Shown piece by piece: positions 51,716-61,205 of a DNA stretch of 64,000 bases (the first letter of the stretch is position 1; each line of letters starts with the position of its first letter). Where the stretch lies: IMG/VR virus record IMGVR_UViG_3300021400_001346, positions 1 through 64,000 of that record; one strand, written 5' to 3'. Under the pieces are notes generated by a model. That model was not told the origin of the DNA and searched no databases. It worked only from the letters and a program-made list of their open reading frames with translations. The position numbers were made by a program, and so were the translations under genes. Origin of the DNA: a virus. Its lineage: Duplodnaviria; Caudoviricetes.

Positions 51716-52210
51716 ATGGCAATTTATGATTACTTACCAAAATATCCATATATTGAAGCTAACAACCTTAAAGGTTTACAACCAGGTTTTGTTGTTTCTC
51801 AAATGGAAGTCGCCGCAGCTGATTTAAATGCTTTAACAGCTAAAGGTGTTACAGGTTCAATAATGCCTAATGGTGTTATTTGTTCCATTTCTGCTGATGG
51901 TATTTGCGAATGGTCAGAAGGTAAACCAATGTTTATCGTTTACAATGAACCATTAAATACTATTTATAATGCAGACGAATTCTATGCTACAAAATTAGCA
52001 AACGAAAACCCAAGACTTGTCCAATTAATCCCTGGTGATGAATGGATGGCAAGTGGTACAGTAGCAGATCACGTTGGTTTACAAGCTGCTATCACAGCAG
52101 GCTTAGTAGCAGTTGTTACTGGCACAAGTGGTATGTCAAACGATGATTGGTTCGACAGTGCTACAATGCCAAATGGCGACGCAGGCGTACATCTTGTTTA
52201 CCTTGGTTAA
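51716..52210 (+). CDS. Head decoration/structural protein
   Basis: Position between scaffold and capsid; biased codons. Confidence 0.6.
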   Translation: MAIYDYLPKYPYIEANNLKGLQPGFVVSQMEVAAADLNALTAKGVTGSIMPNGVICSISADGICEWSEGKPMFIVYNEPLNTIYNADEFYATKLANENPRLVQLIPGDEWMASGTVADHVGLQAAITAGLVAVVTGTSGMSNDDWFDSATMPNGDAGVHLVYLG

Positions 52211-52228
52211 TAGTGGAGGACGATAACA

Positions 52229-53233
52229 ATGAATGCACAATTAAGAAAAGCTTTAATCGCTGCCTATAATGGTCAAGCAGTTGCTGAATTCTCCGCAGAA
52301 GATGTCAACGCAGCAGCTATCAAAGGTATTAAAGAAGAATTAAATTTAACAGACGAATCTACATACAGAGATTTTAGAAAAGTTGAAAATGATGCATTTG
52401 CATTAATCGAAGAAACAGTTGATGAAATCTTACCAAAGAAATTAGAAAACGTTTTAGGTAACTTTGCTGAAATCAAATCTTTCCCAAGAGATGCAGAAGT
52501 AGTCTTCAATATTGAAAGAATTGGTAAAAATAGAGCAAAACTTACAATTAGTAAAGGTGCTCGTGGTGGTATTTACAGAGCAGCTAGATTAGGCAACAAA
52601 TACTTCTCACTTGATGTATCTGTCCAAACAGTTGCAGTTTATGTCACTTTAGAAGAAATTCTCTTAGGCACAATGTCCTTAGCAGAATTATTCAATAACA
52701 TTTTAGAAGGCTTCGAAGAAATCGTTTACAAAGAAGTTTTCAATGCATTAGCAACAGGTACTGCAGCAGTTGGTTCAAGAGTTCCTGGTTCAACAACAAC
52801 CACAAAAGCCGCTTTAGGTGGAGCAATTGACCAAGTTATGCCATACGTTAAACAATATGGTGTTCCAACTATCTTCGGTTCTTACGCAGCACTTAGTAAC
52901 TTATCAAATGATGCCGCTCAATATCACCCAGAACTTTTAGATTCTGCTGATAAGAGACGTTATGGCTTCATTCAAGAATATAAAGGTAGCCAAGTTGTTG
53001 AACTTCCTAACTATTTAGTTGATAGTTCCAACTCCGCATGGTTCTATGAAGAAAAATATGTCTTCGTTCTTCCAAGTGGTGCAAAACCAGTTAAAGTTGC
53101 TTTAAAAGGCGATATGACAATCATCAAAAATACACAAGCAGTTGGCTCTGAAAAATGGGAAGCTTCTAAGTTAATTGGTGTTGGTGTCGCAATGGCAAAC
53201 AACTTCGCAGTTCTTGAAGTTACAGACTTATAG
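52229..53233 (+). CDS. Major capsid protein
   Basis: Position, size, strong RBS, codon bias, downstream terminator at about 53260-53292. Confidence 0.85.
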   Translation: MNAQLRKALIAAYNGQAVAEFSAEDVNAAAIKGIKEELNLTDESTYRDFRKVENDAFALIEETVDEILPKKLENVLGNFAEIKSFPRDAEVVFNIERIGKNRAKLTISKGARGGIYRAARLGNKYFSLDVSVQTVAVYVTLEEILLGTMSLAELFNNILEGFEEIVYKEVFNALATGTAAVGSRVPGSTTTTKAALGGAIDQVMPYVKQYGVPTIFGSYAALSNLSNDAAQYHPELLDSADKRRYGFIQEYKGSQVVELPNYLVDSSNSAWFYEEKYVFVLPSGAKPVKVALKGDMTIIKNTQAVGSEKWEASKLIGVGVAMANNFAVLEVTDL

Positions 53234-53305
53234 TTTTTAACTAAACTTAATATCCACGGGAGGGGAGGGTTCCCTCCTCTCCTTTATTTTTTATAGAAAG
53301 GAGAC

Positions 53306-53809
53306 ATGTACATGTCTGACAATAAAAATTTTAAGCTTATTAAAGTTACACCAAATAATTTGTTTTTAAGAATTCGTCCACTTGGTATGAATGGAGTTGA
53401 AAGAGATTTCTTCTTAACAAATAGAAATCCAGTTCAAGTTTTGCCAATGGATTGGGCTCTTGGTATTTTCCAAGATAGCGGATTGTTTGAAATGTATCAA
53501 AAAGGTTTATTTACTTTTGACGATAATGAAGCCGCTGTTCAAGCCGCTTATGAAAAAGGTGTTTACTTTGCTGACAAATTAGAATTTACACCAGCAGATC
53601 CTAAATTAGCCGAACAAGTTTTAAATGTTTTAAAAAGCGGAAATAGAGCCGCAATTTTAGACGCTATTAAAACTCATGGTAAAACATTTGTTCAAAACGT
53701 TGCAGTTCGTAATTTAGCTGACTTAACACAAGGTGTTGTTTCTATGCTAGAAAGTACACTTAAAACTCAATTAGTAGTTGACGATTTAGCTGGAGACATC
53801 GAAGACTAA
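53306..53809 (+). CDS. Hypothetical head-completion-region protein
   Basis: Position. Confidence 0.6.
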   Translation: MYMSDNKNFKLIKVTPNNLFLRIRPLGMNGVERDFFLTNRNPVQVLPMDWALGIFQDSGLFEMYQKGLFTFDDNEAAVQAAYEKGVYFADKLEFTPADPKLAEQVLNVLKSGNRAAILDAIKTHGKTFVQNVAVRNLADLTQGVVSMLESTLKTQLVVDDLAGDIED

Positions 53810-53832
53810 TTTACTACAGGAGGTAGAGTAAT

Positions 53833-54354
53833 ATGCAAAACTGGGATGACATCCTTTATCCATCATTTAGAGCTACTATTCGTGGTGAGTATTATGGCAT
53901 TATTACTCAAGACGATATCGACGAAGAGTGTTTTTTCCTTGCGGAAAGAGCTGTCGCCGCGTTTAAATTTCCTCATATTTCTACTGACTATACAATCTTC
54001 TATGCGATAAGAGATGCCGACAATGGCTTAGAAACAGTTGACGCAGACACTGAAGGAGCAATCCCTCATGCTTACTTCAATAATGACCTTACTTATGCCG
54101 AAATCGAAATCATTATCGCATGGATGAAAGTTTATTGGGCAGAAAATCAAATCTCTAATGCCGATAACTTTGACGACATCTATACAGATGTTAATATTAA
54201 GACTTATAGCCGTGCCAACATGTTAGATAAGGCTACAAACTTATATAAAACTTATCGTGAAAATGCTCGTGAACTTGAAAATCGTTATAGTCGTGTTAAC
54301 GTTAAGAAAGCCCCAAGTATGGGCGATATTAATGAGGACGATGATAATGAATAG
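53833..54354 (+). CDS. Putative head-tail adaptor
   Basis: Position and helical pattern. Confidence 0.6.
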   Translation: MQNWDDILYPSFRATIRGEYYGIITQDDIDEECFFLAERAVAAFKFPHISTDYTIFYAIRDADNGLETVDADTEGAIPHAYFNNDLTYAEIEIIIAWMKVYWAENQISNADNFDDIYTDVNIKTYSRANMLDKATNLYKTYRENARELENRYSRVNVKKAPSMGDINEDDDNE

Positions 54355-55192
54355 TTTTGAACGTTTTCGTAATCGTCAAAAACAAAGAATAGCAGCAACT
54401 GACCAACTTAATAGTCAATTTATTTTTAAAGGTTATCCATCTATTAAAATCGAAAATCAAGACGGCATGTTAAAGCAAGCCGCGGTTGTCAACAAGCAAG
54501 AGAAAGATCAGGCTTATATTTATACACAACTTGATGACCCACTAACCATTGGTTCTGTTTGGTCCGCAAAAGGACTACATTGGTTGATTTCTGAAGAAAT
54601 TATCATTATTAAAGACGTAAAATGGCATAAGTATCTCGCCTTTTTGTGCAACGTTGAACTTGATGATATGTGGGGATATTTTGTTGGGCCTGAAAAGTCT
54701 TACATCAATATCGCATTGCGTGAGAACGTAATGATTGAATCCTTACAACATCCTCTTCTCATCTTACCATCTGATGCATTATCATACGAAGACAAAATTA
54801 TTATCAAAGGGAGACCTTGGATAATACAAGAATATGATAGCATTAGCACCGAAGGAATTACTTATTATTCTTTGCGCGCAACTACTGTTTCTAAAGAAGT
54901 CGCGGCTGAACATAAAGATGAAGAAGTTTATGTTGAAAAGCATGTTGACAACTTAATCATTCCATCTTTTGAAGATGAAGACGCATCTGATTTTAATGTT
55001 AAACCTCAACAACAAATTACTATTACAACCGTTGGTGGATATTTTAAATATTCAAACAAAAGTATTAAAGTAATTGCACATACAAGCACATCAGTTATTT
55101 TTTATCTACCTTTTGGTGTAGATAAATGTTCCATTGAAAGAAAGGACAGTGAAGGCAATATTATTGAAGAAACCTATACTGTGGTAGAATAA
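54347..55192 (+). CDS. Putative head closure/neck protein
   Basis: Start MNSFERF overlapping upstream stop; position. Confidence 0.55.
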   Translation: MNSFERFRNRQKQRIAATDQLNSQFIFKGYPSIKIENQDGMLKQAAVVNKQEKDQAYIYTQLDDPLTIGSVWSAKGLHWLISEEIIIIKDVKWHKYLAFLCNVELDDMWGYFVGPEKSYINIALRENVMIESLQHPLLILPSDALSYEDKIIIKGRPWIIQEYDSISTEGITYYSLRATTVSKEVAAEHKDEEVYVEKHVDNLIIPSFEDEDASDFNVKPQQQITITTVGGYFKYSNKSIKVIAHTSTSVIFYLPFGVDKCSIERKDSEGNIIEETYTVVE

Positions 55193-55193
55193 T

Positions 55194-55700
55194 ATGAAAA
55201 GTTTAAAAAATATTAATAAGGCGGTTTTTGAAATCGTTACTTTGCTTTTACAAAACGATAATATTAAGAAACTTTTGTTTTGGGACTCCGCCGATGCACT
55301 TAGTTTAGAGGTGCCAGACATTTCTATTCAACGTTATATTGATGATAAATACATCTGGCTTTATCCCGCCGTTGAAACTGGCATTCAAAATTTTGAACGC
55401 AATACTTTCTTAATCGTTAATTTGGAAGAAATTAATTTAAGAGGTATGGACGCAAACACTAGCGCAAGTGGAGCAATTTATGTAACAACTGATGCAAAAC
55501 ATTCTCTCCTTGATAATAATCAACTTAGATTATTAGTATTAGCAGATGAAGTTCGACAATCTTTAGATAATCATAAATTATCTGCGGCTGGTGAATTGCA
55601 AATCAATTCTATCCGTCAACAAATGATTAGTGAATTTCGTAGTGCTTATAGAATTTCTTTTAGTTTGTCAGACCAATCAACTAGAAAGGCGGAAATTTAA
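55194..55700 (+). CDS. Putative tail completion protein
   Basis: Position. Confidence 0.5.
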   Translation: MKSLKNINKAVFEIVTLLLQNDNIKKLLFWDSADALSLEVPDISIQRYIDDKYIWLYPAVETGIQNFERNTFLIVNLEEINLRGMDANTSASGAIYVTTDAKHSLLDNNQLRLLVLADEVRQSLDNHKLSAAGELQINSIRQQMISEFRSAYRISFSLSDQSTRKAEI

Positions 55701-56431
55701 TGCAAGATAATTTTGATTTATTCCGTCTTTTTTTAACTAAAGAAGTTACGATTTATAGTGACGACGGAGCGGCACTTCTTTCAATGAAATGTCCTTCTAT
55801 TCGTGATACATTAACAGAACATTATTTAAATCTTGCATATCAACTATGAACATCTGATATGGAAGAAATCACGAAGAAAACTGGATTACAAGTAAAAAGT
55901 TCTTGAGATTTGTTAACAACCATCTTATTTGATTTAGGCAAATATCGTCAATTCGCCAACTTATATTCCTGTTCTCTTCAAACACTTAAATTTCTTTTTA
56001 ATGACAAGGTATCTATCAATTTAGGTCTTCACACCCTAACCATTGGTGATGTTATTATGACAGAAGAAATTTGAGATTATGTAATTTATCTATTAAAATT
56101 ATGTTATGGGGTGAAGGTTTCAAAACCTATTCACTTTAATACAGACGAGGAACGCCAATGATATTTGGCTCAAAAGAAAAATGAAAACCGCATTCGTGCA
56201 TTAAGAGAAAAAGGCAGTAAAGATTCTCAAGATGCCATGCTTAAGATTTTTCTTAATATTACTTACGCGTTTCCTAATTTTACTTTTGATTATTTATTTG
56301 ATCAAACCATGGCTCAAATTCACTGACTCCAAAGCAAAGCCGCGGGAGCAGTGTCTTATGAAGTAAAAGCGCAAGCTTATGCGGCTGGTAATATGAAAAA
56401 GGGTTCACAACTCGATTTCTTTATTAAATAG
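55700..56431 (+). CDS. Hypothetical virion-module protein, 243 aa, absent from ORF track (five TGA=Trp)
   Basis: TAATG overlap; open to TAG 56429-56431; fills the gap exactly. Confidence 0.8.
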
Positions 56432-56443
56432 AGGTATAAAAAC

Positions 56444-57397
56444 ATGGCTTTAAATTATACAAGATTAGGCGGTAGTAGCGCTAATTTCCAACAAATGATT
56501 CAACGTTTTGGCGTCGTTACCGTTATGAACGCTAAAGTCTACGAACCATTCGAAAACGAAGAAATCAAAGATCTTCAAGCTGATGCAATTATTGCAAAAT
56601 ATGATAGCAAAACTGAACTTTGTAAATTAGATACTTTAAAAATTGCTAATGTTACAGAAGAAGGTCCAACTAAAACAGTTACTGGTGGTCAATATAACAA
56701 TCCATTAATCAAATTTGGTAAAACCGCAAGACTTGAAATGCAAGACGCTTTAGGTAATGCCGCAGCATTAGATGCTTTATGTGGTAGCGTTGCTGAAGTT
56801 GATGCATTAGTTAATGGAAAAATTGACTATAGTACAGTTTTTGCTCTTCATTTTGGTTCTGATTTCTCTGGTCCAAAATGTATTATTGGTGAGTCTTTCT
56901 TTATCGATCAAAAGAGCGGACAACAAGTTCCTGTTAAAATTATTTTCTATCAATTCCTTCCAGATTCATTATTTAATTTAACACAAGATGCTGAAGGAGA
57001 TGCAACTGTCTTCGATATGAATGGTGACTTATTAGCTACTGATATTACTATTAAAGATATTAATGGCAGCAAAATTCCTTATGGTGTTTTCTATTCAATT
57101 GTTGATGCAGAACCTAAGACTTCTTGGTTAGATAATGATTATTATACTTTAGAACAACAATCAACTGAAACTGAGGCCAATGGTATTGTAACTGTATATA
57201 GTGTCCATATCACAAACAATACTCGTAGCCTACTCTTAGATGGACAAGCAATTGCACCAGTTGAGACAGAAACGCCAACTCCAGTAGCTAGAATCCAAGA
57301 TCCAGATACTTTAGAAGACTTAGCTAGCGGAAAATTAATTATCACAGATATCAATGGTAAAAATATTAAGATGATCGTCCCACTTGTTTTTGCCTAG
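56444..57397 (+). CDS. Major tail tube protein
   Basis: TGGQYN.PLI...MQDAL...EGDATVFDM pattern; terminator at about 57421-57450. Confidence 0.75.
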   Translation: MALNYTRLGGSSANFQQMIQRFGVVTVMNAKVYEPFENEEIKDLQADAIIAKYDSKTELCKLDTLKIANVTEEGPTKTVTGGQYNNPLIKFGKTARLEMQDALGNAAALDALCGSVAEVDALVNGKIDYSTVFALHFGSDFSGPKCIIGESFFIDQKSGQQVPVKIIFYQFLPDSLFNLTQDAEGDATVFDMNGDLLATDITIKDINGSKIPYGVFYSIVDAEPKTSWLDNDYYTLEQQSTETEANGIVTVYSVHITNNTRSLLLDGQAIAPVETETPTPVARIQDPDTLEDLASGKLIITDINGKNIKMIVPLVFA

Positions 57398-57512
57398 TAA
57401 TCTTTAACATTTCCATTCAGGCTCATAGGGTAAAACCTATGAGTTTTTATTTGCCAAAATGAACAAATTTGATTATAATATATTTACACACTAGCGTGTA
57501 AAGGAGATTTAT

Positions 57513-57722
57513 ATGGACGATAGTATCAAAGTATATTCTTTGCCAACATGCGGCATGTGTAAAATGTTAAAGCGCTCTTTAGACGCACACAACATTCCTT
57601 ACACCACATGCGAAGATATAGACATCATGGCTAAAATGAATATCAAAAGCGTACCCGTCTTAAGCGTCAACGGGACACTTTACAATTTTAAAGACGCACT
57701 TGACTGAGTTAATAGGAGATAG
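57513..57722 (+). CDS. nrdH: Glutaredoxin-like NrdH (TGA=Trp near C-terminus)
   Basis: CGMC, SVPVL; ends ...ALDWVNRR. Confidence 0.85.
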
Positions 57723-57726
57723 CATC

Positions 57727-59574
57727 ATGAAACCAGACACAACTGAAAACAAAATTGCATTTATGCAAAAGTACATGGTTGCCCAAAATGCGGCGACCGG
57801 TAGTGACGTTGACTCAAATGCCAACGTTGCTAATAAAAACATCGCAACCTTATTTGCCGAACTTCCTAAAAAAGACATTATTGCACTTAATCGTGAATTA
57901 ATGCGCATTAAACTTACAGAACGTTTTGGTAAAACTCTTGCCGAACAATATGAAAAAGATTTAGCACATCATATCATTTACAAACACGATGAAACATCAA
58001 TCTATCCATATTGTTGTTCAATTTCCCTTTATCCATTCTTACTTGATGGACTTACTAAAATTGGAGGCTCTTCAACTGCACCAAAGCACTTAGATTCCTT
58101 CTGCGGCGGCTTTATTAACTTAATGTTCTTAGTTGCTGGCCAATTTGCAGGAGCAACCGCCACACCTGAATTCCTCACCTACTTCGATCACTTCGCGCGT
58201 ATCGACTATGGTGAAGATTACATTAGCCATCTTGACGATGTAGTTGAACATTTAAAGAGCGGCAAAATTACTTTGCGTGAAAAGATTTATCATTACTTTG
58301 CTCAAGTAGTTTATACAATCAATCAACCTGCGGGCGCCCGTGGCTATCAAAGCCTTTTCTGGAACATCGCATACTTTGATAAAGACTACTTTGCCTCAAT
58401 TTTTGAAAACTTCTACTTCCTAGATGGCGATGCACCAAAATGGGAAACTACAAAAGAACTTCAAAAACTCTTTATGAAATGGTTTAACCAAGAACGTTTA
58501 AAGAGTGTTCTTACCTTCCCAGTTGAAACCGCTAATATGCACACAGTTGGCGGCAAATATTCTGATACAGAAATGGCAGACTTTTTTGCTCAAATGTGGG
58601 CAGAAGGTGCATCCTTCTTCATGTATCAAAGTGATAGTGTAGATTCACTTTCATCTTGTTGCAGACTTCGTAACGGCATTGAAGATAACACCTTCTCATA
58701 TACACTTGGCGCCGGCGGCATTGAAACTGGCTCTAAAGGTGTTATTACTCTCAACCTTAATCGTATTGTTCAAGATTGGTCTAAATCTACTTCCGACGAC
58801 TTAAAAGAATATTTAACTGTCATCGTAAAACGTGTTCATCAATACCTCGATGCCTTTAATGACATCATCTGGGATTATAAGCGCGCGGGATTATTAACTA
58901 TCTATAACGCCGGATTCATCGACCTTGACAAGCAATACCTTACTATTGGTATTAATGGTTTCGTTGAAGGTGCTGAATTCTTAGGCATCCCAATTAATCC
59001 AGACGACGCCGCTTACCAAGACTATGCTAAAGCCATTCTTGAAACAATTAAAGACCTCAACATCGCGGCACGTACTGAACACTGCAAATTCAATACAGAA
59101 TTCGTTCCTGCCGAATCATTAGGTGTTAAAAATGCAAAATGGGACCGCAAAGATGGCTATGAAGTTCCAAGAGATTGTTACAACTCTTATTTCTACATCG
59201 TTGAAGACCACGATATTGACCCAGTAATTAAATTCCGCTATCAAGGAATTAAGTTCACCGGATGCTGTGATGGCGGCAGTGCCTTACACAACAACCTCGA
59301 TGAACATCTCAGCGCGGCGCAATATAGACTTCTTATGGACATTGCTATCGCCGAAGGTTGTAACTACTTCACTTACAATGTCATGAATACCATCTGTAAT
59401 CATTGCGGTCACATTAGTAAGCATACCTTTGATAAGTGTCCAAAATGTGGTTCAACAGATGTAGATTATGCAACTCGTGTTATTGGATATTTAAAACGTA
59501 TTAGTTCATTTAGCGCGGCTCGTCAAGCAGAGGCCGATCGTAGAGCATATTTGGGGTTAAAAGAAGAAAAATAG
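57727..59574 (+). CDS. nrdD: Anaerobic ribonucleoside-triphosphate reductase
   Basis: IYKHD, YC, SCCRL, PAE, CNHC/CPKC, TRVIGY. Confidence 0.95.
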   Translation: MKPDTTENKIAFMQKYMVAQNAATGSDVDSNANVANKNIATLFAELPKKDIIALNRELMRIKLTERFGKTLAEQYEKDLAHHIIYKHDETSIYPYCCSISLYPFLLDGLTKIGGSSTAPKHLDSFCGGFINLMFLVAGQFAGATATPEFLTYFDHFARIDYGEDYISHLDDVVEHLKSGKITLREKIYHYFAQVVYTINQPAGARGYQSLFWNIAYFDKDYFASIFENFYFLDGDAPKWETTKELQKLFMKWFNQERLKSVLTFPVETANMHTVGGKYSDTEMADFFAQMWAEGASFFMYQSDSVDSLSSCCRLRNGIEDNTFSYTLGAGGIETGSKGVITLNLNRIVQDWSKSTSDDLKEYLTVIVKRVHQYLDAFNDIIWDYKRAGLLTIYNAGFIDLDKQYLTIGINGFVEGAEFLGIPINPDDAAYQDYAKAILETIKDLNIAARTEHCKFNTEFVPAESLGVKNAKWDRKDGYEVPRDCYNSYFYIVEDHDIDPVIKFRYQGIKFTGCCDGGSALHNNLDEHLSAAQYRLLMDIAIAEGCNYFTYNVMNTICNHCGHISKHTFDKCPKCGSTDVDYATRVIGYLKRISSFSAARQAEADRRAYLGLKEEK

Positions 59575-59575
59575 T

Positions 59576-60040
59576 ATGTTAAAATACGATTCTACACTAG
59601 TCACTTTTACCGAAGTGCCTGATGAAATTTCTTTATGTTTTAACATTTCCAACTGCCCTTGTCATTGCCAGGATTGCTTCGAACCTTGGCTTAGAGAAGA
59701 TCGCGGCGACCCATTGACTTTAAAGGCAGTGTGCAGCGAATTGGAAAAACATCCTCATGTAACCTGTGTATGCTGGATGGGAGGAGATGCAGATTATGAT
59801 GCATTAATCAGACTATCAACTGCTTTAACATTTGTTATGCCTTCCTTAAAAATTGCTATGTATAGCGGCAGACCTGAAATGTCATTTCCTCTCGCCGATT
59901 ATCTTGACTATTATAAAATTGGCCCTTATATGCCGCAATATGGTCCGCTTAATAAAACTACCACCAATCAACGTTTTTATAAAAAGGTAAACGATAATTG
60001 AACTGATATTACTTATCGTTTCCAAGAAAAGAAGGATTAA
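59576..60040 (+). CDS. nrdG: Anaerobic RNR activating protein (TGA=Trp)
   Basis: CPCHCQDC, MGGD, KIGPY, TNQR; reads through TGA 59999. Confidence 0.92.
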
Positions 60041-60124
60041 TTCCTTCTTTTTTCTTTATGCTGGAAATTGATAATTTCGTTTTAGCTGGTTATACTATGA
60101 CTAGAATTTGAGGAATTATTTTTT

Positions 60125-60826
60125 ATGGAAACTTATAAAATCGGAAATAAAATCAAATGTACAATTAGTACATATGCGCCAATTACTATTGGGGATACGC
60201 AATTACTCTACGATCAACAACCTTACACTGTATTGAATGAAGTTGAAGCAAGATTAACTTTTGACGATATCGATACAGTAGGACGTAGTGTCTTTAATCA
60301 ACTCGTTTACAACAATGCAAATTTACGTTCAATTTCATTTTCTGATGTAACACTCAATAATAAAATTTTGAATTTAATTTTCCATAAAATTGACGCAAAA
60401 TTATGCCGCAAATCAGAAAATTGCAACTCAGAAGATAAAATTTTATATCTTTCTACTGGGGCAGACACTATTTACCAAGTATTCATTTATGACGCTGATG
60501 GTCAACTCGCGGCCGCATTTGGCTCATATGACAATCCAGATGAAGGAGTACAATTGCCTGAGGAAGTTGAAGATGGTAATTACATTATCTTTTATTCAGT
60601 ATTTAGCAATTTAAGTTATGAATTTAAAAATAATCCAAACAACTATTTTACTTTAGATTTAGAAATTACTGGAAATAAAAATGATACTACTCATACAATG
60701 TTTATACATCTTGATAAATGCGGATTACAAATAGATAAAAATATGGTCTTTAGTCGTAACGCTAATACAGTTGATTTACGCTTTACGATTATTGATAATA
60801 ACAACAATTATATTGCATTAGAATAG
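60125..60826 (+). CDS. Hypothetical tail-region protein
   Basis: Beta-rich ORF resuming the tail module. Confidence 0.6.
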   Translation: METYKIGNKIKCTISTYAPITIGDTQLLYDQQPYTVLNEVEARLTFDDIDTVGRSVFNQLVYNNANLRSISFSDVTLNNKILNLIFHKIDAKLCRKSENCNSEDKILYLSTGADTIYQVFIYDADGQLAAAFGSYDNPDEGVQLPEEVEDGNYIIFYSVFSNLSYEFKNNPNNYFTLDLEITGNKNDTTHTMFIHLDKCGLQIDKNMVFSRNANTVDLRFTIIDNNNNYIALE

Positions 60827-60840
60827 AAAGGAGTCGCAAT

Positions 60841-61185
60841 ATGAATAATCAAGAATTACAACAAGCAATTCAAGAAATTTTAGATAAAGACAACTACTTT
60901 GATGCTATTGAAGCAGCAAATGAGTTTGAAAAAGAATATAAAAATAGTGAATTTTTTAAGAAAACTAAAAAGCCTTTAAAAGAAGTTTTACGCGAAGCTA
61001 AGGTTTTCTATACATTCAACTTTAAAAAGTTAGGTGAAAAGGTTCAAACTTTTATTAATGAACTTGACGTTAGTAAACTTAACTCTTTATTTGACCAAAT
61101 CGCAGCCACTTTTGGTCAAGAAAATCAAGAAATTAATTCGCAATTAGAAAGTTTAGCAGATTTTAAAAATATTATTGGTAAATAA
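60841..61185 (+). CDS. Putative tail assembly chaperone
   Basis: Helical protein directly before tape measure. Confidence 0.5.
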   Translation: MNNQELQQAIQEILDKDNYFDAIEAANEFEKEYKNSEFFKKTKKPLKEVLREAKVFYTFNFKKLGEKVQTFINELDVSKLNSLFDQIAATFGQENQEINSQLESLADFKNIIGK

Positions 61186-61205
61186 TTTTTACCTGGAGGG
61201 AGGCT

